Origin: Gammaproteobacteria bacterium
Lineage (GTDB): Bacteria > Pseudomonadota > Gammaproteobacteria > WFUO01
DNA: 64,000 nt
Reading direction: 5' to 3'
Assembly: GCA_015484945.1 (NCBI GenBank)
Contig: WFUO01000064.1
Coordinates: forward strand, 1,373 to 65,372
In this document: positions 15,465 through 24,225 of the stretch, in pieces
Numbering within the stretch: the first letter of the stretch is position 1
Layout of the letters: every line of letters begins with the position of its first letter
Translations under genes and position numbers: made by a program
Notes under the pieces: model-generated
Told to the model about the DNA's origin: nothing
What the model saw: the letters and a program-made list of their open reading frames with translations, nothing else
The model's database searches: none

Positions 15465-17537
15465 ATGGAGGATTTGAATCTCAAAAACCCGGATCTGTAT
15501 ATCAATCGTGAGCTGAGCCTGCTGCAGTTCCAGTGGCGGGTACTGGCCCAGGCAAGGGACGAGGACGTGCCATTACTGGAGCGTCTGCGTTTCCTGTGTA
15601 TTTCCAGTACCAATCTCGACGAGTTCTTCGAGATCCGGGTCTCCGGGCTTATGCACCGCGCCGCACTGGAGCCCATGAGCAGCGGGCCGGACGGACTGAG
15701 CCCGGAAAAGGCCCTGGAGCAGATCGCCGAAGAGGCCCACCGTCTGGTCGAGGAACAGTATCGGGTTCTCAATGAGGAATTGTTACCCGAACTTGCCGAA
15801 GAGGGCATTCGCTTTCTCAAGCGTTCGCAATGGGACGATCGTCAGGCTGCCTGGATCCGGCGTTATTTCATTTCGGAACTGGCGCCCATCCTGAGCCCGC
15901 TGGGTCTGGATCCGGCCCACCCGTTTCCGCGCGTGGTCAACAAGAGTCTGAACTTTATCATCAAGCTCGAGGGCAAGGATGCCTTTGGACGTGACAGCCG
16001 CCTGGCCATCGTCCAGGCACCGCGCGTATTGCCACGCCTGATCCGCCTGCCCGAATCAGTCGCCGACCCGGATACTTTCGTATTCCTCAGTTCCATCATC
16101 CATACCCACATCAGCGATCTGTTTCCGGGCATGAATGTCGTTGGCTGCTATCAGTTCCGTGTTACCCGAGACAGTGACCTGTTCGTCGATGAGGAGGAGG
16201 TCGAGGATCTGATGCGAGCCATTCAGGGTGAACTGTCCTCGAGGCGTCTCACCGATGCCGTGCGCCTGGAGGTTGCAGACAACTGTTCCTCGGATACCGC
16301 CCGCTACCTGTTGACACGTTTCAAGCTCACCGAGCGTGACCTGTACCAGGTCAATGGTCCAGTAAACCTGAATCGGCTGCTGGAATTGCCAGAGCTGGTC
16401 GATCGCCCGGAGCTCAAGTACGCTCCTTTCAAGCCTGGTCTTCCCAAGGCGCTCAAGGGCGCCGATGACCTGTTCGAGGTTATCAAGCACGAAGACGTGC
16501 TGCTGCATCATCCATTCCAGTCGTTTGTACCGGTAGTCAATCTGCTCAAGCAAGCCGTGGCTGACCCATCGGTACTGGCCATCAAGCAAACCCTGTACCG
16601 TACCGGGTCCAATTCGCCGGTTGTCGATACCCTGGTCGAGGCAGCCAAGGCGGGTAAGGAAGTGACCGTAGTCGTCGAACTCAAGGCGCGTTTCGACGAG
16701 GCCGCCAATATCGAACTGGCCTCGAGGTTGCAGGCGGCCGGCGCGCATGTGGTCTATGGTGTGGTGGGTTACAAGACACATGCAAAGATGCTCATGGTGC
16801 TGCGACAGGAGGGCAAGCGAATTCGGCGCTATGTTCATCTCGGTACAGGCAATTATCATGTACGTACTGCGCGTATCTATACCGACTATGGCCTGTTGAC
16901 ATCCGACAAAGCCATTGGTGAGGATGTTCACCGGATATTTCTTCAACTTACCGGCCTGGGAAAGGCCACGCGTCTGAAAAAGCTGTTGCAATCGCCGTTT
17001 ACGTTGCACAAGTCACTGATCAAGTTGATACGCAACGAGGCCGGCAACGCGCTGGAAGGCAAATCAGCGCGCATCATCGTCAAGCTCAATTCACTGGTTG
17101 AGCCTCACATCATTCGTGAACTCTACAAGGCCTCACAAGCAGGCGTGCAGATCGATCTGATCATCCGGGGGATCTGCTGTCTGCGGGCCGGTGTTCCCGG
17201 TGTATCGGACAATATCCGCGTACGATCCATTGTCGGACGTTTTCTCGAACATACACGTATCTATTATTTCGAAAACCTGGGTGAGCCGAAAGTATTCTGC
17301 TCCAGTGCTGATTGGATGGACCGGAATTTCTTCCGGCGTGTCGAAACCTGTTTTCCCATAGAAGATGAAGGTCTGCGCAAGACCGTGATCGAGGATGGCC
17401 TGATGCAATATCTGGCCGACAATACCAAAGCCTGGATCATGCAACCGGATGGTAGCTACCGTCAGCTTTCGCCGGGCAGCAAGAAACCACGCAATGCGCA
17501 AAATGCCTTGCTCAAGCGGCTGGCGGCAGATAGCTGA
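15465..17537 (+). CDS. ppk: Polyphosphate kinase 1
   Basis: 690 aa: YINRELSLLQFQWRVLAQARDEDVPLLERLRFLCISSTNLDEFFEIRV...HAKMLMV..., with PPK1 N, H, C1 and C2 domains. Confidence 0.97.
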   Translation: MEDLNLKNPDLYINRELSLLQFQWRVLAQARDEDVPLLERLRFLCISSTNLDEFFEIRVSGLMHRAALEPMSSGPDGLSPEKALEQIAEEAHRLVEEQYRVLNEELLPELAEEGIRFLKRSQWDDRQAAWIRRYFISELAPILSPLGLDPAHPFPRVVNKSLNFIIKLEGKDAFGRDSRLAIVQAPRVLPRLIRLPESVADPDTFVFLSSIIHTHISDLFPGMNVVGCYQFRVTRDSDLFVDEEEVEDLMRAIQGELSSRRLTDAVRLEVADNCSSDTARYLLTRFKLTERDLYQVNGPVNLNRLLELPELVDRPELKYAPFKPGLPKALKGADDLFEVIKHEDVLLHHPFQSFVPVVNLLKQAVADPSVLAIKQTLYRTGSNSPVVDTLVEAAKAGKEVTVVVELKARFDEAANIELASRLQAAGAHVVYGVVGYKTHAKMLMVLRQEGKRIRRYVHLGTGNYHVRTARIYTDYGLLTSDKAIGEDVHRIFLQLTGLGKATRLKKLLQSPFTLHKSLIKLIRNEAGNALEGKSARIIVKLNSLVEPHIIRELYKASQAGVQIDLIIRGICCLRAGVPGVSDNIRVRSIVGRFLEHTRIYYFENLGEPKVFCSSADWMDRNFFRRVETCFPIEDEGLRKTVIEDGLMQYLADNTKAWIMQPDGSYRQLSPGSKKPRNAQNALLKRLAADS

Positions 17538-17540
17538 CTG

Positions 17541-18156
17541 ATCCGGGGCGGCGCTGGCTGTTGCCAGTATCACGCGGGTCAATTCGACACGGAGCACACG
17601 GAGGCGCGGAGTCACGGAGAAAATGTGGGTGTTCAGACAGGCCTTTCAATCAACACCTCTGTGACTCCGTGGCTCTGTGATCTCCGTGTTTTATTCATGC
17701 CGCCTGCCGGCGTCACCCCGGATTCCGGCCTTCGGCCTGCATCCAGGCTACGTTTCTGTATGTAAACTGCGCTTTCCTCGCGGTCCTGCGCCTTGCCATC
17801 ATCCGCCCGGGATCGGTCAGGGTGTTAATCCGGGGCGGCGCTGGCTGTTGCCAGTATCACGCGGGTCAATTCGACACGGAGCACACGGAGGCGCGGAGTC
17901 ACGGAGAAAATGTGGGTGTTCTGACAGGCCGTTCCATCACCATCTCTGTGACTCCGTGACGTTGTGATCTCTGTGTTGTGTTCATGCTGCCTGCCAGCGT
18001 TACCCTGGATTGCGGCCTTACGGCCTGCATCCAGCCAGGTTACGTTTCTTTCAATCACACCCTCGGTGGCTCCGTGGCTCTGTGATCTCCGGGTTTTATT
18101 TTTGCCGCCTGCCGGCGTCACCCCGGATTCCGAGCTTCACGGCCTTCATTCGCGCT
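17541..18156 (+). repeat. Complex tandem repeat array (287-bp period: two full units plus a third ~105-bp subunit)
   Basis: 17541-17633 is identical to 17828-17920 (93 nt). The following ~125 nt are roughly 85% similar by eye. The subunit ttcaatca..ctctgtgactccgtggctctgtgatctccgtg..gccgcctgccggcgtcaccccggattcc occurs three times, starting at 17645, ~17931 and 18050. Confidence 0.9.
17587..17695 (+). terminator. Long imperfect hairpin (33-nt arms, 37-nt loop) plus U-tract; probable ppk terminator within repeat unit 1
   Basis: The left arm acacggagcacacggaggcgcggagtcacggag pairs with ctctgtgactccgtggctctgtgatctccgtgt, giving 27 Watson-Crick pairs, 3 GU pairs and 3 mismatches. It is followed by ttttatt and begins 50 nt after the ppk stop. 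Confidence 0.5.
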
Positions 18157-18281
18157 AAGGGAATGGCAAGCACCAATTCCGTATAATGCACCATGATATT
18201 CTTTGCGCCTCCACGTCCTTTGCGTTCCACCACCCTGTGTAGCGCTGTATACTTCGCGTTTCGACCAGAGATCACTCAGGA

Positions 18282-19817
18282 TCACTGCGGGGTACTACGG
18301 TCGGTCATGACCTTCAGGCTGTAGTCGATAGCCTCGCGCAGGCGTTTCTTTTCATCCAACAGGTCCTTGCGCGTCAGTGGTCGCTGCGCCAGCCAGGAAT
18401 GTGGGCAGATCATGGTCAGGCGTTTCTTTTTTGCCTTGAAGGTCAGTTCATTGAACTCGGAATAATTGCGGCTGCGTTGCAGGATGATGGCCAGGCGAAG
18501 TACCACACACAGGCGTTTGATGATTTTTCGTCTGCCCTGCGGAAAATCACGGAAGTGCTTGCCGGAAAACTTGCCCCGGTGCAAACGCACGAGAACAGAC
18601 AAGATGCTCTGCTCGGTCAGGGTAAAACCGTACATATCCGAGTGCTGCAGAATATATGCGCCATGCTGTGTATAGCGGTTGTGAGAGACAGCCAGGCCGA
18701 TTTCATGTACACGGGCTGCCCAGACCAGAAGATTCAGATCTTCAGAGTCGTCGATGCCCCAGTCATACGCCACCATTTCATGGATGAGCCGGCATGTGTG
18801 CTCAACGCTCCTGGCATGTGATATATCGACGGCATATCGTCGTTGCATGTTATCAATGGTCTTTTCACGTACATCCTCGTGCCTAATACGCCCGATCATT
18901 TCATAGATCAGCCCCTCCCTGACTGCGCCATCGGAGACAGCCATATGATCGATGTCAAAGGCATTGAAGATGGCCTGCAGTACGACGAAGCCGCCTGGCA
19001 GAACCTGACGGCGGTCCTCGCTGAGCCCCTTGATGTCGATATGCCCGATATCCCCGGCTTCGAGAAGTCGTTCACGAATGAATGTCAGGGTATTTCTGTT
19101 GATACCATCACTGCAGATGCCATTTTCAGCAGCGATTCTGGCGATAGATTTGACAGTACCTGACGAGCCAACGGTTGACTGCCAGCCAGTGTCCAGGAAT
19201 TGTCGGGATATGCCTTCTGTTTTGAGCCCGGCAGCCAGCTCAGCCTTGCCTATGAGGTCGCCGGTTATGACTCCGTCAGGAAAATATTTTCTGGTAAAAC
19301 TGACGCAACCCATGGCCAGACTTTCCATGCGTAGTGGGGTGAATTTTTCACCAATGATAACTTCGGTGCTGCCGCCGCCGATGTCCACGACCAGCCGGCG
19401 TTTGCCCTGGCCTGCCAGGGAGTGGGAAACACCCAGGTACACCAGCCGCGCTTCTTCCATGCCAGAGATGATTTCTATTCTGGCACCTAGCACGAGTTCA
19501 GCCTTGCGGATGAATTCGGCAGCATTGGTTGCCATGCGCAGGGTATTGGTTCCTACAACCTTGATATTGTGGCGGTCGATATTGCGGATACGTTGTGCGA
19601 AGCGCGCAAGACAAGCCAGCGCGCGTTGCTGTGCGGATTTTCGAAGATGCCGGCGAGGCCCAAGACCATCACCCAGTCGGACCATTTCCTTGATGCGATC
19701 GACTATCTGGACATGGTTGTCGGTATCCACTCGCACAATGATGAGGTGGAAGCTGTTGGATCCAAGATCGATTGCAGCCAGTGTCTTGCCGTTTTCATGT
19801 TGTTTGGCTTGCCGCAT
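18282..19817 (-). CDS. ppx: Exopolyphosphatase (Ppx/GppA family)
   Basis: 511 aa: LAAIDLGSNSFHLIIVRV...VVDIGGGSTEVIIG..., with a C-terminal HD-like domain. It is convergent with ppk. Confidence 0.93.
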   Translation of the reverse strand: MRQAKQHENGKTLAAIDLGSNSFHLIIVRVDTDNHVQIVDRIKEMVRLGDGLGPRRHLRKSAQQRALACLARFAQRIRNIDRHNIKVVGTNTLRMATNAAEFIRKAELVLGARIEIISGMEEARLVYLGVSHSLAGQGKRRLVVDIGGGSTEVIIGEKFTPLRMESLAMGCVSFTRKYFPDGVITGDLIGKAELAAGLKTEGISRQFLDTGWQSTVGSSGTVKSIARIAAENGICSDGINRNTLTFIRERLLEAGDIGHIDIKGLSEDRRQVLPGGFVVLQAIFNAFDIDHMAVSDGAVREGLIYEMIGRIRHEDVREKTIDNMQRRYAVDISHARSVEHTCRLIHEMVAYDWGIDDSEDLNLLVWAARVHEIGLAVSHNRYTQHGAYILQHSDMYGFTLTEQSILSVLVRLHRGKFSGKHFRDFPQGRRKIIKRLCVVLRLAIILQRSRNYSEFNELTFKAKKKRLTMICPHSWLAQRPLTRKDLLDEKKRLREAIDYSLKVMTDRSTPQ

Positions 19818-19973
19818 GAATACAGATATTTTTCCAGAAAAACAGTGGCTTATTATAACAGTAAACAGCCTGGGTGAGATATTTCTAAAGGTCTGGATAG
19901 AAATGCCGAAACGATTATAGCGCTATCGGCGTTTTACTGAAACCTTCGGCGAGCGTAAACAGCATCACATGCC

Positions 19974-20888
19974 ATGGGAAATGATGAAGTAAACATACTC
20001 GCTGTTGACGATGATGAGCAGGCACTGGATTTTCTCGTCGAAATCCTGGAGCGTGCAGACTACCGGGTTACATCCTGTTCTGATGGCCAACAGGCACTGG
20101 ACTGTCTGGCAGAAAACCATGATTACGATGTCATCATTGCGGACAGAGCCATGCCCAGAATGGATGGGATGGCGCTGCTAAAGGCAATCAAGGACAACGA
20201 CAGATTGAAAGACATCCCGGTGATATTTCAAACCGGGATGAGTATGGAATCGGAGATTATCGAAGGGATACGGGCAGGTGTTTATTATTATCTGACCAAG
20301 CCATACAAGAAAGAGATACTGCTATCCATCATCCATGCAGCAGTAACCGAAGCCAGAAAGTACAGGGAACTCAGGCAGGAAGTATCTGAACATGCAAAGA
20401 CCCTCAAGACCATGGTGTCAGGTACATTCCGTATTCGCAGACTGGATGAAGCGGAAAATCTTGCATGTACCCTGGCAGAGTTCTATCCGGACCCTGTGAA
20501 AGTGGTAACAGGTGTATCAGAGTTGCTGACCAATTCCATTGAGCATGGAAATCTGGGAATCAGCTATAGCGAGAAGACAGAATTGCTGAAGCAGGGTGCC
20601 TGGAGAGCGGAAATAGAAAAAAGACTGGCAGATGCTGCCTACCGGGACAGATATACCGAAGTCAGAATAGATATGAGTGATGAGAACATTCGATTGATGA
20701 TTACTGATATGGGTGATGGCTTTGATGCAGACAAGTACCTGGATTTCAGTGCTGAAAGAGCAACCCATCTACACGGGCGTGGCATTGCTTTGGCAAAGAC
20801 ATTGAGCTTCGATTCTATAAGGTATATGGGAAAGGGAAACATGGTCATTGCCACAGTCGATAATCGAAAAACTGGAACAGAAGAATGA
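19974..20888 (+). CDS. Response regulator receiver fused to an RsbW/SpoIIAB-like HATPase serine kinase domain
   Basis: The REC domain (ILAVDDDE...[14 protein letters not shown]...FQTG...LTKP) has a canonical Asp, Thr and Lys. The C-terminal GHKL motifs are [11 protein letters not shown] (N-box), DMGDGFD (G1) and [10 protein letters not shown] (G2). Confidence 0.8.
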   Translation: MGNDEVNILAVDDDEQALDFLVEILERADYRVTSCSDGQQALDCLAENHDYDVIIADRAMPRMDGMALLKAIKDNDRLKDIPVIFQTGMSMESEIIEGIRAGVYYYLTKPYKKEILLSIIHAAVTEARKYRELRQEVSEHAKTLKTMVSGTFRIRRLDEAENLACTLAEFYPDPVKVVTGVSELLTNSIEHGNLGISYSEKTELLKQGAWRAEIEKRLADAAYRDRYTEVRIDMSDENIRLMITDMGDGFDADKYLDFSAERATHLHGRGIALAKTLSFDSIRYMGKGNMVIATVDNRKTGTEE

Positions 20889-22093
20889 GAAAAATCTGGA
20901 TTCGAAGTTCAGTCATGAAAGAGATGTTTGTACCTATCTCGTCCATCGTGGCGACGAGCTATATTGTTGTCTCGTTTGGGCTGAATAATTTGCCAGTCAT
21001 ATTGATGATGCTTGCGACAGGCTTGCTGTTGTATTCATGGATACGTAACCACAGTAAGATGTCGATAATGGAAAAGAAATCAAAACAAATGAATGAATGT
21101 ATGGATACAGTGGTCCAGAATCTGGAAGCCAGTATTTTTGAGCAGAAAAGAATCCTCAAGGAGCAGGGTGAAAAGATAGATGATGAGGTGGGCGCGATAC
21201 GTGGAATAGTCAGGGATGCGATAGATGGGCTTATGAAAAGCTTTTCTGTCATGAATGAACTGTCCGAAAAACAGAAGAGCATGGTCATTGGCATGCTTCA
21301 GAATTCTGAAAACGATGATGACGTCAATATTTACAGGTTCATGAAGGATTCCGAGGAACTGCTACAGTATTTTGTGGACAATGTTGTTACGACGAGCAAG
21401 GAGAGTGTGGGGCTTTTGCACAAACTGGATGATATGTGGGATCAGATCAATGTGGTCATCGGCATGCTGGACGAGGTTAAAAGCATTGCAGACCAGACAA
21501 ATCTATTGGCGCTCAATGCAACCATAGAGGCGGCGAGAGCCGGAGAGGTTGGAAGAGGGTTTGCTGTGGTCGCTGACGAGGTATCAAAGCTTTCTCACAA
21601 ATCGAATGATTTCAGCAAGGAGATAGGTCAGGTTGTATCAGCAACCATATCAAGTATGCAAACGGCTAGAAAGGTTGTGGACAAACTGGCATCACGCGAT
21701 ATGAATGTCATTTTGGATTCCAAGTCGAAACTTGACAGGATGTCAGGCGTCATAAGGGATATGGCAGGCAAGACAGATGAAAAATTGATGGAGATAACAA
21801 GGATAAACAAGGAAATCAGTGAAGGAGTCAATGTTGCTGTCCAGTCCCTGCAATTTCAGGATATGGTGGACCAGTTAGCAGCGCATGTAAGTAAAAGAAT
21901 CCGGGTTATGTCAGTAATGGGCGAGGCAAAATTGAGCGTGATGGAACATGACGGGGATGTTTGTACCAGGATTCAGAGGCTTGGTGAAATGGAATGCAAG
22001 ACCCGTGACAGACTCAGTTATATTGAATCACAGGTCAGAGGCGCACCGGTCAGTACAGAGGATATGAAGACAGGAGATGTCGAATTGTTTTGA
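20885..22093 (+). CDS. Methyl-accepting chemotaxis protein with a membrane hairpin and no periplasmic sensor or HAMP domain
   Basis: Signalling tip [36 protein letters not shown]. Two adjacent TM helices are separated only by NNLP. Its ATG overlaps the upstream stop (ATGA). Confidence 0.85.
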   Translation: MRKIWIRSSVMKEMFVPISSIVATSYIVVSFGLNNLPVILMMLATGLLLYSWIRNHSKMSIMEKKSKQMNECMDTVVQNLEASIFEQKRILKEQGEKIDDEVGAIRGIVRDAIDGLMKSFSVMNELSEKQKSMVIGMLQNSENDDDVNIYRFMKDSEELLQYFVDNVVTTSKESVGLLHKLDDMWDQINVVIGMLDEVKSIADQTNLLALNATIEAARAGEVGRGFAVVADEVSKLSHKSNDFSKEIGQVVSATISSMQTARKVVDKLASRDMNVILDSKSKLDRMSGVIRDMAGKTDEKLMEITRINKEISEGVNVAVQSLQFQDMVDQLAAHVSKRIRVMSVMGEAKLSVMEHDGDVCTRIQRLGEMECKTRDRLSYIESQVRGAPVSTEDMKTGDVELF

Positions 22094-22413
22094 ACAATGT
22101 CGAGGTAATTACTGTGGGTATTAGAGAAGAAAAGGCACCGGATGGATCGTGTGTCATCAAGATAGAAGGAAAATTCGATATCAATGTGCAAGCGGAATTC
22201 CGTCAGGCATATGAGAAATATCCTAGAACAGGTAAATTTGTCGTAGATCTTAAAGACTCGGATTATCTCGACAGTTCGGCCCTGGGTATGCTATTGCAGC
22301 TGCGGGAGTATGCAGAAAACAGGAAGGAACGGGTGATTTTAAGGAATTGCGGGAAGCGTGTTAAAGATATTTTATCTGTTGCCAAGTTGTGCCCGCTGTT
22401 CACGATGGAATAG
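22090..22413 (+). CDS. STAS-domain anti-sigma-factor antagonist (RsbV/SpoIIAA-like)
   Basis: [16 protein letters not shown]...[23 protein letters not shown], with the conserved phosphorylatable Ser in DSSALG. The TTG start at 22090 overlaps the MCP stop. An alternative GTG at 22114 has a GAGG RBS 7 nt upstream. Confidence 0.8.
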   Translation: MNNVEVITVGIREEKAPDGSCVIKIEGKFDINVQAEFRQAYEKYPRTGKFVVDLKDSDYLDSSALGMLLQLREYAENRKERVILRNCGKRVKDILSVAKLCPLFTME

Positions 22414-22641
22414 CATGGTGACAGTAGAATTCAGAGAGGATTCTGGATTTTTTGTATGGCCAGCATATTCTATTCGTCATAACCAGAAGAATCATCCGAG
22501 TCGCATAATAAAAAATATCTTGTTTGCTGATATCCTCTATTCTCCCGTATATTGTGAAGTGATTAAGGGTTTCCGTGGTCTGTAATCACAGGCAAAGCAG
22601 ATTTTTATCATATATCCACTTTATAGTGGGGGTGGGTTAAA

Positions 22642-24225
22642 TCACACTTTGTTTTGTTTCGTGATTCTGACGTCAGACGGCATGTTCCGAATCGCCTTTT
22701 CAATTCTGTCATAGTCCAGGGAAAGCAGCGAAATATCGTCCACTGCATTCGACAGCCTGGTAAACTCGACCATCTTTTTTTGCAGTGTAGTCAACCGCTT
22801 TTCCGGTATGACATTGTCTATCATGTCGCGGATGGCCCTATCACCAAGCATTTCATCATCCTTGTTTGTGAGTTCTGATGCGCCATCGCTGTAGAGGAAT
22901 AATGAGCGACAATCGCTGTTATTTATTTTCCTGGTGACTGGCGAAAACTCGTTTTCACCCATAATCCCCAGGGCGATATTGTCGGAAGTCAGTTGTCCCG
23001 TGATGTGAGTGTTTTTATCGGCAATAAGTACAGGTGGCATACTGGCATTTATTATGTCACTTGTTCCTTCATCCAGATCAACCTGAATAAGTGTGCAAGC
23101 CAGGAAACGGCCGGTAGGCATGAGTGTATGCAATTTTTTGTTGATTTCCATGGCAATGTTTTCGATTGTAAAGCCCCTCGAAACCATGGTATAGAAGATG
23201 TCGGTGGAAGGTACTGCGCCCATGGCGGCAGTCAGTCCATGTCCTGTCAGATCGCCGAAAAGTATTGATAACCTGTTGCCTTCAGGGTTGATCTGGTAGG
23301 CAAAGATATCACCTGAAAAATGTCCAGATGGACGGCACCAGTAATCTATTCCGTCTATGATGCCAGGGCTGCGATCCGTGATGGCATCGAAGATATGCCG
23401 TGCAAACCGCATTTCCTCCTCCATTCTGTTCTGATACATGAGGAGTGAATCATGCATGGCTCTTATTCTGTCCATTGCTGCAATTCTGGTATGCATCAGT
23501 ACTGGGTTGATTGGTTTTACCAGAAAATCATCACCACCGGCTTCAATGCATTGTACGAGCTCATCGTTGTTTTTCAGCGCAGTAATGAATATCACAGGCG
23601 TAAATCTTGTTGTGTCGAGTTTTATCTCTCTGGCGATTTCATAACCACTGATATCGTCGAACACAACACCTGATATCACGATGTCAGGTTTGTGACTGTT
23701 ATAGAAGTCTATCGCCTGTTTACCGGAACTGGCAGTAATGACTTCATGGCCTTCCTGTGACAGGATAAGAGATATATATTCACGGATATTCTCATCCTTG
23801 TCGGCTGCCATTATTCTCAGCTTCTTGTCTGTTTTGAGGTAATGGCCGATATCCTCTATCTCAGGCCTGCCCTTGTCTTCACGTTGGTTTATGGCTTTGG
23901 TGACTTCCCTGCTGATTATATCCAGGTTTCTTGCCAGGTTTTCGTCAATCTCATCGATCAAGGCAGGTGGCGTCTGGAGGATGCCCTTGAGGTAGTCCTC
24001 GAATATTCTCGTATGATCGCTGATATGAGAAAGCCCAAAGGTTGCACATGATCCGGTAAGGCTGTGTATTTCCTTGTGCATTTCTTCTAGGTGTATTGGA
24101 TCACGATCTAGAAGAAAATCATTATGCAAGGCCTGAATCTTCAGTACCCGGTCAGGCAATGATTCAATAAAGCTATTGGTAAGCAGGTTCAGCTTGTCAC
24201 TGAAATCTTTGGGTTTCTTGTTCAT
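22642..24225 (-). CDS. Hpt - receiver-like - PP2C/SpoIIE (RsbU-type) serine phosphatase
   Basis: The N-terminal Hpt carries EIHSLTGSCATFGL. The middle is a REC-like fold (RIMAADKDE...FITA...LVKP). The C-terminal SpoIIE-type phosphatase carries SGDIFAY...FGDLTGHGLTAAMG...LYSDGASE. Confidence 0.8.
   Translation of the reverse strand: MNKKPKDFSDKLNLLTNSFIESLPDRVLKIQALHNDFLLDRDPIHLEEMHKEIHSLTGSCATFGLSHISDHTRIFEDYLKGILQTPPALIDEIDENLARNLDIISREVTKAINQREDKGRPEIEDIGHYLKTDKKLRIMAADKDENIREYISLILSQEGHEVITASSGKQAIDFYNSHKPDIVISGVVFDDISGYEIAREIKLDTTRFTPVIFITALKNNDELVQCIEAGGDDFLVKPINPVLMHTRIAAMDRIRAMHDSLLMYQNRMEEEMRFARHIFDAITDRSPGIIDGIDYWCRPSGHFSGDIFAYQINPEGNRLSILFGDLTGHGLTAAMGAVPSTDIFYTMVSRGFTIENIAMEINKKLHTLMPTGRFLACTLIQVDLDEGTSDIINASMPPVLIADKNTHITGQLTSDNIALGIMGENEFSPVTRKINNSDCRSLFLYSDGASELTNKDDEMLGDRAIRDMIDNVIPEKRLTTLQKKMVEFTRLSNAVDDISLLSLDYDRIEKAIRNMPSDVRITKQNKV

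Noticed and set aside
17541-18156. Possible CRISPR array
   Set aside because: The period is 287 bp, the units are long and internally diverged rather than short identical repeats with unique spacers, and there are no cas genes.
17677-18158. ORFs 17677-17967 and 17964-18158 (both starting MISV..SC.LPA) and minus-strand ORFs sharing TPRLRVLRVELTRVILATASAAPD
   Set aside because: Their similarity is a by-product of the tandem DNA repeat. They start at GTG inside the hairpin arm, have no RBS, and are Pro/Arg/Cys-rich.
19030-19920. 296-aa + strand ORF
   Set aside because: It is antisense to ppx, rich in Ser, Pro and Arg, and has no motifs.
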